38,916 bases of DNA, taken from IMG/VR virus record IMGVR_UViG_3300045988_113856, one strand, 5' to 3'. Position 1 is the first letter of the stretch; the number at the start of each line of letters is the position of its first letter. A program made the position numbers and the translations under genes. Source of the DNA: a virus. Of the stretch, positions 16,801-25,567 are shown in pieces. The notes below the pieces were generated by a model. That model did no database searches, was not told the DNA's origin, and saw only the letters and a list, made by a program, of their open reading frames with translations.

Positions 16801-16908
16801 CCACTGTACATTGACGGCCGAGAGGTTGCTCGTGCAACCGCAAACCCAATGCAAACAGAGCTTAATCGTTTGACAAAGGTAAGCAATTATCGAAAGGGGC
16901 TAGTCTAA
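13819..16908 (+). CDS. Tail tape measure protein
   Basis: 1029 aa, Ala/Gly-rich helical N-terminus, central transmembrane-like stretch, 11-residue Trp repeats. Confidence 0.95.
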   Translation: MADSFSVEAILSAVDRNFSGTFKNIANSASKVGDSFEKSTKPAGNFVSTVSKIAGAIGLTKVVGAIGDGVRSMVGELDESSKAWQTFEGNMKFLGKAPAQISSIEKSLQSYAQETIYSSSDMASAYAQFASVGVKGVGSLVKGMGGLAAATDDPKQAMKTLMEQGTQMAAKPMVQWADFRLMLEQTPAGMAAVAKAMGMSTKELVQNVQNGKISTQQFFDGIEKAGNSKAFQKMATSYKTVGEAMDGLQETLANKLQPAWQAISKVAVGAISGIIDKIGAINFDSVIASIGNFFSPFSALILNIKTQLSSLGKGDSMSGLSSVLQGVGSVLQTIWSLVGSLVNVAFVNLIGIAQKVGDAFNSVFGGGQLSGVFDGIKQAVTDFGYAAMGAITTVSDIIANLPWKAIFEGVKASLTGVVNVLKPIAALVKAAFANDIVKSFAAAILGAVGAFKVIGLAIGGFSSVLGVFSKMIGPIRGVISVITNFGTIVKTAGGVWKAFGLILGMNPWVLLIAGIAAVVAGLVYFFTQTKTGQKLWSGFVSWLQGAWQGLVGVAQTVWNAISGAFTSAISGIQTAWSGITSFFSNLWTGITTTASAAWTAFTTTLSAIWQGSVTAATAVWNALSTFFTTLWNGIVAVATAVWSTFGGSLTTIWNGIVQVATGVWNMLKAVIMGPILIVIDLLTGNWTQLGADLQLIWNSIVSAAGQIWNGLVTYFSGIWSLIQTYAMTVWNTLVSALEGLWNGAVSAASAIWSALSSFFSGLWSGIVSTTEGVWNSVVSFLSGLWSGTVSTAEGIWNALPGFFSGLWNSITSFFSSAWSNIKSIVIGAATSIFNGAKAVWSGFTGMVNGVVSGIKGAFDALRHIDLMAAGKAIMDSFLKGLKKVWEGIKKFVGGIASWIRKHKGPISYDAKLLIPAGNAIMNGLNAGLTDKFSNVQKNVSSMAQAIADSAAVTMPEVNTSPFDTSLQSLNNSVQGTALSSNLDVNYTRKQTIEVPLYIDGREVARATANPMQTELNRLTKVSNYRKGLV
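15421..16345 (+). repeat. In-frame 33-nt (11-aa) periodic Trp repeats within the tape measure protein
   Basis: ...VWNAISGAFTS AISGIQTAWSG ITSFFSNLWTG ITTTASAAWTA FTTTLSAIWQG... continues for more than 25 units. Confidence 0.85.
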
Positions 16909-18894
16909 TTGTACGATTTCAGAGAAACGACACCCTTCACGGGTGCAGATGATAATCAGCTTCCAGCAGAAGCGATGCTAATCGATGGACAATACATTGA
17001 GAATCTTGTGCCCGGATATAGGACGCTGCAAGTTGGTGGACGAGAGCTTCTTAAGCAATCTGCTACTAGCAATCCTATAGGCATATCTGATGGGGAAACA
17101 CTTGAATACGTTCGCAACCCATCTCGCGAGATAACTGTTGGCTATCAGCTTATTGCTGATGATGATGAGGCATTTCGCACCGCCTTCTATAAGCTAAGTG
17201 GCATCTTGCACGGTGACACTCATCAGGTTTCGTTCAATGATGACTTGTCTGTGTATTGGAATGCCGTGCTCACAGATGTTGACGATGTTCCTAAAGGCCG
17301 GAATGCGATCACTTCTTCATTTACTTTGTTTGTTCCCGATGGCATTGCGCACTCGGTAGCCACGAAGACGTTTGACAACATGCCATACAAGGACGTGCCA
17401 GTGAACCTGCTTAAAGGGACATCATCGAACAACACTGGCGTTGTTAAGGCGAATGCTCACGGAATTGATGGTATCACTCTGAAGAAAGCACCAGTCGATG
17501 GTGGCCAGACATATGTTTACACCATTACTTTTGGCGATATGGGACACACTGGTCATTCGTCAGTTAGTTGGTATGATGCTTCCAATAACTGGATATCTAG
17601 CCAAGCTGGTCCGGATATACCTTGGGTCTCTGAAGGGGGACGGTTCTCAACCGTATTTACGGCTCCTAGTAATGCTGCTTATGTTGAGCTAACCCCAAGA
17701 TACTTTAGCCAAACTTTCCCCACAGACACGTCTGTGTCTTGGACGCATGAGAAACTCGAACTAGGCACTTCTGCTTCTCCTTGGTCGCCTAACCCAGCTG
17801 ATCCTGAATACTATGCCGACACCATCACGGTACACAATGGTGGTACCTATCCTGTTGAACCGGTTATTACGGCAACTATGCACGCTGATAATGGCATGGT
17901 TGGGCTTGTTAATGATCGCCCGGGTATTCTCCAATTCGGCACGCAAGAAATTGATGGTTTCATCACCGAAGAAAGCGAAGTAGCACTTAATTTGGCAGCC
18001 GTGCAAGGCTCACATATGGATAATCAAGCCGCCACAAACAATCCCTATTGGGGTGGTGATCCTAGTATGCCTAATGAACAGGTTGGCAACGCGATTTGGA
18101 CTCATGACGATTATGATGGCTGGAAGGTTGAGCCTAATTGGCCCAGTATTACTGGCGACCACAAGTATTGGAACGGTCCTTCAATCAAGCACAATCTCGT
18201 CCAGACGCATAACGGTAACTTCAAGAGCAATCTGACTTGGGACGTTATGACACGTTTTCAAACTGGTGTCTCAAAGGTTGGTGCGCTCGAAACAACGTTA
18301 GAGAGTGACGGTAAGCCAATTTTCCAGATGATACTGAAGGATAATAGCGCATTGTCCGATCAGCTTTGGTGGATGTGTTACTACAAAGATCAGCTAGTCG
18401 TCAATGAACGGTTGGATCGCAGCATTTTCACTAATGACAAGTTCATTCAGTTGGAATTACAGAAATTTGGTAATTCAGTTGTTTTCCGAGTGTCCCCATG
18501 GGTTGGCAATCAAGGACGAGAGACGACTATTACCCGTCAATTCACTTTTGCGGACGCTGCTAGTGTCGAGACTAAGCAATTTTCAGCATGGTTTATGCGA
18601 GATAAGACATGGGGAGAGTCGACTATGTATCTGATTGCGTCCACCGTCAAATGGCAAAACGTTAGCTGGTATACAAATATAAAAAATAGATTTAGCAATG
18701 GTGATGTTCTCAAGATTGATGTGGCGAACGCTAAGACGTACTTGAATGGTTCTCTTGACCCAACCATGCACACGTTAGGTAATCAATGGGAGCAATTTGA
18801 ACTGCCACCCGGTGATACTGAGATTACTATCACGCCCTCGAGCTGGGCACAACCATTTGCATGTGAAGTCGAGATAAGGGAGGCCTGGCTATAA
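16909..18894 (+). CDS. Distal tail protein (Dit), enlarged/evolved form
   Basis: Follows the TMP stop (TTG start). 661 aa versus roughly 250-300 aa for a minimal Dit. N-terminus typical of siphovirus tail component proteins. Confidence 0.75.
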   Translation: MYDFRETTPFTGADDNQLPAEAMLIDGQYIENLVPGYRTLQVGGRELLKQSATSNPIGISDGETLEYVRNPSREITVGYQLIADDDEAFRTAFYKLSGILHGDTHQVSFNDDLSVYWNAVLTDVDDVPKGRNAITSSFTLFVPDGIAHSVATKTFDNMPYKDVPVNLLKGTSSNNTGVVKANAHGIDGITLKKAPVDGGQTYVYTITFGDMGHTGHSSVSWYDASNNWISSQAGPDIPWVSEGGRFSTVFTAPSNAAYVELTPRYFSQTFPTDTSVSWTHEKLELGTSASPWSPNPADPEYYADTITVHNGGTYPVEPVITATMHADNGMVGLVNDRPGILQFGTQEIDGFITEESEVALNLAAVQGSHMDNQAATNNPYWGGDPSMPNEQVGNAIWTHDDYDGWKVEPNWPSITGDHKYWNGPSIKHNLVQTHNGNFKSNLTWDVMTRFQTGVSKVGALETTLESDGKPIFQMILKDNSALSDQLWWMCYYKDQLVVNERLDRSIFTNDKFIQLELQKFGNSVVFRVSPWVGNQGRETTITRQFTFADAASVETKQFSAWFMRDKTWGESTMYLIASTVKWQNVSWYTNIKNRFSNGDVLKIDVANAKTYLNGSLDPTMHTLGNQWEQFELPPGDTEITITPSSWAQPFACEVEIREAWL

Positions 18895-21330
18895 ATGAAG
18901 TATTACTTTTCAGATCGAAAATTAAACATTTTGGGTGTTGGTTCGACCGATGGCAAAGGCGAATGGCGAATTGACAACGATATAGAAACACAAAGTGTTG
19001 ACAATCGTCCTGCGGTCGAGCTTTCTCTTGATATTCACTTCACGACTGATCAGGAACAAGCAGTCAATGAGATGGCTAAAGCAACCAACTTCATTCTTTA
19101 TCAAGATGAAGAAGGCAACGGCCACCAAATGGTAATCGAATCGGTTGAACATGATTCACTAGGCCACATTCACTCAATTGTTGCCAGCGATGCTGGTAAT
19201 GATTTAATTAACGAAACCGTTGGCGCCTTCAAGGCCGACAAGCCATATACCATCGCTGACTACATCACAAGGTTTACAAATGATTCTGGCTGGGAGATTG
19301 GCATCAACGAATTTCCTGACAATGTTCGAACACTCGAGTGGACTAGTGAAGAATCATCGTTGGCTCGCATTATTGCCGTGGCAAAAGATTTTGATGCAGT
19401 GCTTAGTTTTGGCTTTGAGTTTGTTGGAACCAACTTGGTTAAGCGTGTCATTAACATTCGGCATGAAACGGCCGGTGACAGCTTAATTTCCTTTGAAATG
19501 AATAAGGACATCAACAATATCGTCACGCATCTCGATACCTATGACATGGAAACATCGATTAAGGCTTATGGAGCGGTGCCAGAAAGCACGGATGGATCAA
19601 CTAATCAGGATCCAATCAACTTGATCGGCTACAAATGGACTGATCCAACGGGACAGTTTGTGCTTGATCAGTACGGGTTCTTGCACGATACCATTGCTGT
19701 GCAGAAATATTCACGTTTGTTAAGCAACAGCAACCCTAACCCAACACAGTCTGACTGGAATCGGGTTAAAACGTTTGATTCAAAATCGCAGGCGGAACTT
19801 TTGCAAGCGGCTTTGGCAGACTTGAAAAAGTATAACCACCCAAACGAAACGTACGATATTGATTTGGTTAATTCACCATACGTACCGTTGAATCAAACCG
19901 TCCACATTGCCGATGAGAATCAACAGCTATTCCTGTCTGCCAAAGTGTTGAGCATTCAGCGCAGCCGTGCTAACCATTCTGTCAAGCTTACTTTGGGTGA
20001 GTTCGCTCATGAAACAGTCAGCTTTGACCAACGGCTCAGCGATCTTGCCAATAAGATGGCCAACATGCCCAAGACTATTCAGTTTTATCCGTGGCTTCGT
20101 TATGCCGATGATGATAAGGGCACCAATATGAGTGCTTTGCCAGCTGGTAAAAAGTATATGGCAATCGTTTGGTCAAATAAGTCATCCGTTCCAAGTGACA
20201 ATCCGGCTGATTACGCTGGCAAGTGGGCATTGATTCAGGGCAAGGATGGTGCTGACGGTAAACCGGGGCCTAAAGGTGCCGACGGTACCAGCAGCTATCT
20301 TCATACTGCATATGCCAATAGTATCGACGGCAAAACTGATTTTTCAGTTACAGATGCCAGCGGTAGATCTTACTTCGGGCAGTACGTTGACGAAACGCAA
20401 GCTGACAGTACCGACCCGACACGCTACTTGTGGGCATTATTTAAAGGCGCCGATGGGCGCGATGGTAAAGACGGTAGTGACAATGTTCCGGTTGTGACGG
20501 TTGGCCCGAGTTACCCTGCTAAACCAAAGGCTGGGGACCAGCACTGGTTAACCGACGAGGACGGAAATCTTGCCGCTTTTGCCATATTTGATACCACAAG
20601 TGGTTGGGATTCAAAACCAATTGCAGCCAAAGCATTAAATGTCGAAACCTTTAATGGCATGATTTTTAATGGGGTCACTTTTAACGGATCTACCTTTATC
20701 TCATCTTTCAACCACATCCAACCGGATGGTTTTCCAAATACGATCAGTGGGACGACAAAAATTAGTGGTGGCAGCATGGTCACGAATGCAACGCTGGATA
20801 GTAATAGCAAGCAAACGTATCAATCTAAAGTTGATCAGTTGGGGTTGGTTAGCAAGTCAATGTACGACGGTAAGGAAGTTAGTTCCGTTGATGCACGCCA
20901 AGGCATGCTCACACTAAAATCTTTGTATAATCCATCTGGGCAAGACGTCACACTTGTATCAACGTTTACGGCGGCTGATTCGGTTTTATATCAGCACATT
21001 GATAGTGGCCTTGAAACCAATGACGTTAGAAGTATGAAAATTGGATATTCAAGAAAAGGCCCAAATGTCACCATTGGGATTGCGTTTGAAATGAAAACTA
21101 GCAACGGGTGGGTCAAAATTGCCAACATTCGACCAGGATATAGTCCATTCAATAATGATGATGCAGCAAGATTGCTCGGTAGCATGTCGTATACGGGCGC
21201 AGCCTGTCAATTGTATGTTTCAGCGGGTGGAATTTATATCATTCCATGGCGTGGACAAGGCAGGTATGCTGGCAGCTTGGGTTTCATTACGCGTGATGCG
21301 TATCCGATTAATGATGCGGTGGTGAATTAA
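18895..21330 (+). CDS. Tail-associated protein (Tal) / receptor-binding tail fibre with collagen-like repeats
   Basis: 811 aa after Dit. G-X-Y runs at 20239-20286 (GKDGADGKPGPKGADG) and 20446-20481 (GADGRDGKDGSD). Confidence 0.8.
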   Translation: MKYYFSDRKLNILGVGSTDGKGEWRIDNDIETQSVDNRPAVELSLDIHFTTDQEQAVNEMAKATNFILYQDEEGNGHQMVIESVEHDSLGHIHSIVASDAGNDLINETVGAFKADKPYTIADYITRFTNDSGWEIGINEFPDNVRTLEWTSEESSLARIIAVAKDFDAVLSFGFEFVGTNLVKRVINIRHETAGDSLISFEMNKDINNIVTHLDTYDMETSIKAYGAVPESTDGSTNQDPINLIGYKWTDPTGQFVLDQYGFLHDTIAVQKYSRLLSNSNPNPTQSDWNRVKTFDSKSQAELLQAALADLKKYNHPNETYDIDLVNSPYVPLNQTVHIADENQQLFLSAKVLSIQRSRANHSVKLTLGEFAHETVSFDQRLSDLANKMANMPKTIQFYPWLRYADDDKGTNMSALPAGKKYMAIVWSNKSSVPSDNPADYAGKWALIQGKDGADGKPGPKGADGTSSYLHTAYANSIDGKTDFSVTDASGRSYFGQYVDETQADSTDPTRYLWALFKGADGRDGKDGSDNVPVVTVGPSYPAKPKAGDQHWLTDEDGNLAAFAIFDTTSGWDSKPIAAKALNVETFNGMIFNGVTFNGSTFISSFNHIQPDGFPNTISGTTKISGGSMVTNATLDSNSKQTYQSKVDQLGLVSKSMYDGKEVSSVDARQGMLTLKSLYNPSGQDVTLVSTFTAADSVLYQHIDSGLETNDVRSMKIGYSRKGPNVTIGIAFEMKTSNGWVKIANIRPGYSPFNNDDAARLLGSMSYTGAACQLYVSAGGIYIIPWRGQGRYAGSLGFITRDAYPINDAVVN

Positions 21331-21331
21331 A

Positions 21332-21622
21332 ATGAAGATTAAGATTTGGCTAGATGAGCAAAACCGACTAACCAACTGGGCCTATGAAGCAGAAGATGCT
21401 AAATTGGGCCCAACAGAGGACGGTCAACAAATCATAGAAGCAGATGACGTGTCTCAGTTTTTTGAGGGTCACGCATCTCTTGTAGACGGCAAAATCGTTG
21501 CCGATGAGGGTTACGATCCGGCTAATGATCATCCACTCCCCGGACCGTCACCTGAACAGCAGATGATTGCCGCGCTGTATGCCCGTGTGACAAAGCTTGA
21601 GGATGGTGGAAAAAATGAGTGA
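21332..21622 (+). CDS. Hypothetical protein at the XkdW-like position
   Basis: 96-aa ORF between the tail fibre gene and xkdX. Confidence 0.55.
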   Translation: MKIKIWLDEQNRLTNWAYEAEDAKLGPTEDGQQIIEADDVSQFFEGHASLVDGKIVADEGYDPANDHPLPGPSPEQQMIAALYARVTKLEDGGKNE

Positions 21623-21746
21623 CTTTGAATTTTACAGTATGCTCCATTCTTGGGGGTGCCCGATAGAGCAGTACGTGGGGCGGCAAATAACGGAGGACCA
21701 ATACAAACAAATCACAGGCAGTAACTATGTCGCCAGCAAAAGCTAG
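21615..21746 (+). CDS. xkdX: XkdX-family small protein (43 aa; below the ORF-track cutoff)
   Basis: Hand translation gives MSDFEFYSMLHSWGCPIEQYVGRQITEDQYKQITGSNYVASKS. The ..ITeeqYkqITG.. motif is typical of XkdX. Start overlaps the upstream stop. Confidence 0.6.
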   Translation: MSDFEFYSMLHSWGCPIEQYVGRQITEDQYKQITGSNYVASKS

Positions 21747-21757
21747 CGGCTATTTTT
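21731..21757 (+). terminator. Possible terminator after xkdX
   Basis: cgccagc/gctagcg stem (1 mismatch), loop aaaa, then GCTATTTTTA. Shares a 20-mer with the terminator at 8862-8881. Confidence 0.4.
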
Positions 21758-22066
21758 ATGGAAGAAAGTGAGAAAGTGACATTTTTGGGATACACGATTG
21801 GTGACTGGGCAGAGGTTATATCAATCATTGGGGTAGGCGTGAGCGCGGGCAGTTGGCTGTTCAAAAAGATTGCCTTAGATCCATTACGCTCTGATATTCA
21901 AGCTCTGTCAGATACGATTAATCGTCAGCTTAAGTTGCATGAACAGTCGTTGGCAGACTTGGGACAACATCTGAGGACACATGATGACGAGCTTGGCAGT
22001 CACTCGGTTAGGATTACTCGATTGGAAGACCATGTAGGCATCAAAGGAGATAATGATCATGAATAA
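21758..22066 (+). CDS. Membrane + coiled-coil lysis-cassette protein (XhlA-like)
   Basis: One TM segment (WAEVISIIGVGVSAGSWLF) followed by a heptad-like region. Positioned before the holin. Confidence 0.5.
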   Translation: MEESEKVTFLGYTIGDWAEVISIIGVGVSAGSWLFKKIALDPLRSDIQALSDTINRQLKLHEQSLADLGQHLRTHDDELGSHSVRITRLEDHVGIKGDNDHE

Positions 22067-22505
22067 CTGGACAGAACTTTTGGTATCACTTGCAGTAGCG
22101 GCAGTCCCAATCATTGGGGCTTGGATTTCCAAACAGCTGCTGGCTAACAAACAGGCACTCACTTTGGTAAAGGTATTAGGTCCATTGGCAAACGCAGCCG
22201 TAACGGCGGCAGAACAGCTTGGTGTGACACAGGCGATTGACGGTGCGGTCAAGAAATCTACTGCCATTCAAGCAGTTAAAGATGGTTTGAAGTCGCTTGG
22301 TTTCACCAGCACAGACGAGCGGACGATTGCCAACGCAGTTGAAAAAGCTTACGCGGACTTGAAAGACAGCCTAGCAGAGACCTATCCGCAAAAGACAGTC
22401 GATCAGGAAGCATCTAATCAAGACAAGGTAGCTGCCGCAGCTCAGGCGACCGCAGATGCAGTTAAGGCTCAACTGGCACCATCATCTGTTGCTCCGCAGC
22501 AATAA
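22059..22505 (+). CDS. Holin, LL-H family type
   Basis: N-terminal TM (LLVSLAVAAVPIIGAWI) followed by a long hydrophilic Ala-rich tail. RBS AAGGAG lies 9 nt before ATG 22059. Confidence 0.7.
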   Translation: MNNWTELLVSLAVAAVPIIGAWISKQLLANKQALTLVKVLGPLANAAVTAAEQLGVTQAIDGAVKKSTAIQAVKDGLKSLGFTSTDERTIANAVEKAYADLKDSLAETYPQKTVDQEASNQDKVAAAAQATADAVKAQLAPSSVAPQQ

Positions 22506-22519
22506 AAAGGGGAAAATCA

Positions 22520-22792
22520 ATGAACGATTTAGATTTTAGAAACACGTGTCAGCGTTTAGTTGCTGATTATACAAATGACCACATGGATAAGACCGATGGA
22601 AACTCAATCACTCCAGATGATGTATATATCGTTTGGTCGTGCAAAGCGCTTCAAAACTCAAAGGCACTGGCTAGTACAAACGTAAGCGACGGCATGTACT
22701 ACGAGATAACGTACAATGGTGATAAACACGAGTTGTACCTTGATGCGTACAAAAAATTTGAAAATCGTGCAATCCAAATTGATAAAAAATAA
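22520..22792 (+). CDS. Hypothetical protein between holin and endolysin
   Basis: 90-aa ORF with RBS AAAGGGGAAAA. Confidence 0.6.
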   Translation: MNDLDFRNTCQRLVADYTNDHMDKTDGNSITPDDVYIVWSCKALQNSKALASTNVSDGMYYEITYNGDKHELYLDAYKKFENRAIQIDKK

Positions 22793-22802
22793 GGAGGGCA
22801 CC

Positions 22803-23984
22803 ATGAAATTTAAAACTAAACTCATCACCTTGGTAGTCGCCTTCTTGGCGGCTATTTCTTTTGCCTTGCCATCGCAGGCCAATGCGGCCAAGGGAGATCA
22901 GGGACCTGATTGGTCAAAGTATCAGGGAGCAAGTGGACGATATGGAACAGATCAAGACAAGTTCGTCATAGCTCAGATTGGCGGCACTTACGGTGGCACT
23001 TACATCGATCAGTGGACGTATGATAGCCAAATTGCTAGTGCCAAGGCGGCAGGAAAACGTGTGCATAGCTACATCTGGTATGGTGTTGGTGCAAGTAGCC
23101 AGTTGGGGTTGGAAGCACTTGACCGTTATATGCCTCGTATCAAAGCGCAGACACCAAAGGGAAGCATCGTTGCTTTGGACTACGAAGATGGTGCTTCTGG
23201 CAATATGGCAGCTAATACGGATGCAATTTTAGCTGGCATGCGCCGCATTCGTTCAGAAGGCTACACGCCAATGTATTACAGTTACAAGCCATATACATTG
23301 GCACACGTCGATTATCAGCGTATCCTGAAAGAATTTCCTAACAGCCTTTGGATTGCTGCTTACCCTGATTATCAGGTGCGTTCGGTACCAGACTACAACT
23401 GGTTCCCAAGCATGGACGGAGTTGCTATTTGGCAGTTTACCTCCATGCATGTCTTAGGCGGCTTAGATGGTAACGTTGATTTGCTTGGTGTCACCGATAA
23501 TGGATACTCGAAGCAGCCAGAAACTCCGTCAGTGCCTGTAACACCGGCACCAAGCCAGCCAGCAAAATCAAATGCAGCCAGTGATACTGACTATGCGCAA
23601 ACTGGTGTTTTCAAGCCTTCCACGACTGTTAACATCCGCACTGGTGCCGGCACCGGTTATGCATCCGTTGGTAGCTATGCACCCGGTGAAAGTGTGATTT
23701 ATGATCACGTGTATATCCGTGGCACATATGTTTGGGCACGTTATCTCAGCTACTCAGGCAGGTATCATTATGTTGCCTTGGGCGTAAATGGTGGTGAGAG
23801 CTATGGCTCGCGTTCGTCTGGATACACCTCACCGGTAAGCCACACGTATTATACGGTCCGCTCTGGTGACAGCTTCTGGAGCATTGCCAGAAAGTATGGC
23901 ATCAGCATGTACACGTTAGCCGCTAACAACGGCAAATCAATCTACAGCCTGATCTATCCGGGCGAAAGCCTGTATATCAGGTAA
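22803..23984 (+). CDS. lys: Endolysin: Sec signal peptide + GH25 muramidase + SH3b-like + LysM
   Basis: MKFKTKLITLVVAFLAAISFALPSQANA signal peptide. GH25 pattern (DWSKYQG... IWYGV... LDYE... WQFTS). PST linker. C-terminal LysM YYTVRSGDSFWSIARKYGIS. RBS AAGGAGGG before ATG 22803. Confidence 0.9.
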   Translation: MKFKTKLITLVVAFLAAISFALPSQANAAKGDQGPDWSKYQGASGRYGTDQDKFVIAQIGGTYGGTYIDQWTYDSQIASAKAAGKRVHSYIWYGVGASSQLGLEALDRYMPRIKAQTPKGSIVALDYEDGASGNMAANTDAILAGMRRIRSEGYTPMYYSYKPYTLAHVDYQRILKEFPNSLWIAAYPDYQVRSVPDYNWFPSMDGVAIWQFTSMHVLGGLDGNVDLLGVTDNGYSKQPETPSVPVTPAPSQPAKSNAASDTDYAQTGVFKPSTTVNIRTGAGTGYASVGSYAPGESVIYDHVYIRGTYVWARYLSYSGRYHYVALGVNGGESYGSRSSGYTSPVSHTYYTVRSGDSFWSIARKYGISMYTLAANNGKSIYSLIYPGESLYIR

Positions 23985-23989
23985 CAAAT

Positions 23990-24027
23990 AGTCCTCTGCT
24001 CGCTAATACGGGTGGAGGGCTTTTTTT
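23990..24027 (+). terminator. Intrinsic terminator after the lysis module
   Basis: agtcctc/gagggct stem followed by T7. Confidence 0.6.
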
Positions 24028-24057
24028 ACTTATGCAATAATATAAATATAAGTAATT

Positions 24058-24078
24058 CGTGGTGAAGTTGTGGTGAAG
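24058..24078 (+). repeat. attP arm-type repeat copy 1 (cgtggtgaagttgtggtgaag)
   Basis: Internal tandem GTGGTGAAG x2. A near-identical 21-mer lies at 24322-24342. Confidence 0.7.
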
Positions 24079-24115
24079 TGAATCCGAAATTGTGAAACCT
24101 AAGAAATTGATATAG

Positions 24116-24256
24116 AGCTATTTTTGCTTTTACACCGGCGATTTGAAACCCTATGAAATCAGTGCTCAAGCAAATCACAACAAGAAGAACATGTTCGCAC
24201 TGCTTGGTCGTCCGGGCTATGAGGATATGACTAAGGAATTAAACGCACGCCTTTAA
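24116..24256 (+). other. Start-less 46-codon 3' fragment of a cellular-type gene inside attP (candidate core/overlap region)
   Basis: Frame open only from a TAG at 24113. Reads ...[41 protein letters not shown]. No start codon or RBS. Followed by a strong terminator. Confidence 0.4.
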
Positions 24257-24291
24257 TCACAAGGGTTTGCGCGATTTGAAATAAGGTAAAT

Positions 24292-24376
24292 AAAGAGCTC
24301 CAGAATCATGTTAGAAAAGTCCGTGGTGAAGTTTTGGTGAAGGCTTCGGACTTATACACAGGTTCTGGAGCTCTTT
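24292..24376. terminator. 14-bp perfect inverted repeat (aaagagctccagaa / ttctggagctcttt), bidirectional terminator candidate
   Basis: Arms at 24292-24305 and 24363-24376. T-rich flanks on both strands. Lies just downstream of the int stop and of the gene fragment. Confidence 0.55.
24322..24342 (+). repeat. attP arm-type repeat copy 2 (cgtggtgaagttttggtgaag)
   Basis: 20/21 identity to 24058-24078. Located in the loop of the 14-bp inverted repeat. Confidence 0.7.
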
Positions 24377-24382
24377 TTGTAT

Positions 24383-25567
24383 TCACTGATTTAGGTATTT
24401 TTCGAATTGTTGATGGTTTTCTTTCTTTTTTGCCGGAGAGATTTCAGCATAGATTTGAGTGGTTGAAATGTCTTTATGCCCAAGATCATCTTTGATGTCA
24501 TCAAGGCTTAATCCTGCCTCACGCATTAAAACGGCATGCGTGTGTCTTAAATCATGGATACGGATGTGAGGAAGTCCAGCCCGATTGGTGATGCGATTAA
24601 AAGCACCGGTAGTTGCTCGAGATCGGAGCGGTTGTCCAAACTTGGCATCAGACGAATAGGTGAAGACAAAATCGTTATTGTGGCTAGTAGAAAACCGAAA
24701 ACCTTGTACATTGCCGTGACTGAAATGGCGCTCATATTGTTGTTGAAGAAGATCATTTACTCGAGCGGTCATGTATTCGGTTCTCTTAGAGCTTAATGTT
24801 TTGGGACGATCAAGCGCTATTTTGCCAGCGTTTGATCCAGTTTCAGCACGATAGATTCGTGTTGCATTGACTGATAAGGTATTTTTGTTGAAGTCAATGT
24901 CTGACCAGCGAAGAGCCATGGCTTCACCCACACGAAGCCCGCAGTCAATCAGCGTCACAAAGAATGATAGCCACATGGGCTCTTTATCTTCTTCAGCTGC
25001 TTCTATAAAAGATCCAACTTGATCTTTTGTCCAAAAGTGAAGTTTTTTGGAATTGTCTTTAGCATACGCACTGAACTCGACACCAACGGTAGGGTTTTTG
25101 GTAATGTAACCAATTGCAACGGCTTTTTTTAACGCATTGTGCAATGTTCCATTGATGAGCTTTACTGTGTTAAGAGACAAGCCATCATTGAATAGACTGC
25201 TGATGAACTCCTGATGTTCCTTAAGCGTGTATTTGGCCAGTCGAATATCCCCAATTTTGGGGATAATGTATTTCTTGAGGTTATATCGATAGATGATCAT
25301 GGATCCCTCTTTTACATTAACCTTAAGCTTGGTGATCCACTGATTAAGATAATCAGCCATTAAAATTCTTTCAGTTTGGTAGTGAGAGTGGCCTCTGATT
25401 ATTTCGGACTCAGCTAAAGTTGCTTCTTGCTGGGCTATTTTTTCGGTTGGAAAACCGCGCCGATGGATCTTTATTTCTTTTCCTGTCTGCGGATCAACAC
25501 CAGCGAATATATAGAATTCCCAGGCCTTTTTGCCATCTTTTAGTTTATATGAGCTAATTGATGCCAT
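24383..25567 (-). CDS. int: Tyrosine integrase
   Basis: 394 aa. ALRWSDI (Arg), HDLRHTHA, LGHKDISTTQIYAE (catalytic Tyr). N-terminal SAM-like arm-binding region. Confidence 0.95.
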   Translation of the reverse strand: MASISSYKLKDGKKAWEFYIFAGVDPQTGKEIKIHRRGFPTEKIAQQEATLAESEIIRGHSHYQTERILMADYLNQWITKLKVNVKEGSMIIYRYNLKKYIIPKIGDIRLAKYTLKEHQEFISSLFNDGLSLNTVKLINGTLHNALKKAVAIGYITKNPTVGVEFSAYAKDNSKKLHFWTKDQVGSFIEAAEEDKEPMWLSFFVTLIDCGLRVGEAMALRWSDIDFNKNTLSVNATRIYRAETGSNAGKIALDRPKTLSSKRTEYMTARVNDLLQQQYERHFSHGNVQGFRFSTSHNNDFVFTYSSDAKFGQPLRSRATTGAFNRITNRAGLPHIRIHDLRHTHAVLMREAGLSLDDIKDDLGHKDISTTQIYAEISPAKKKENHQQFEKYLNQ

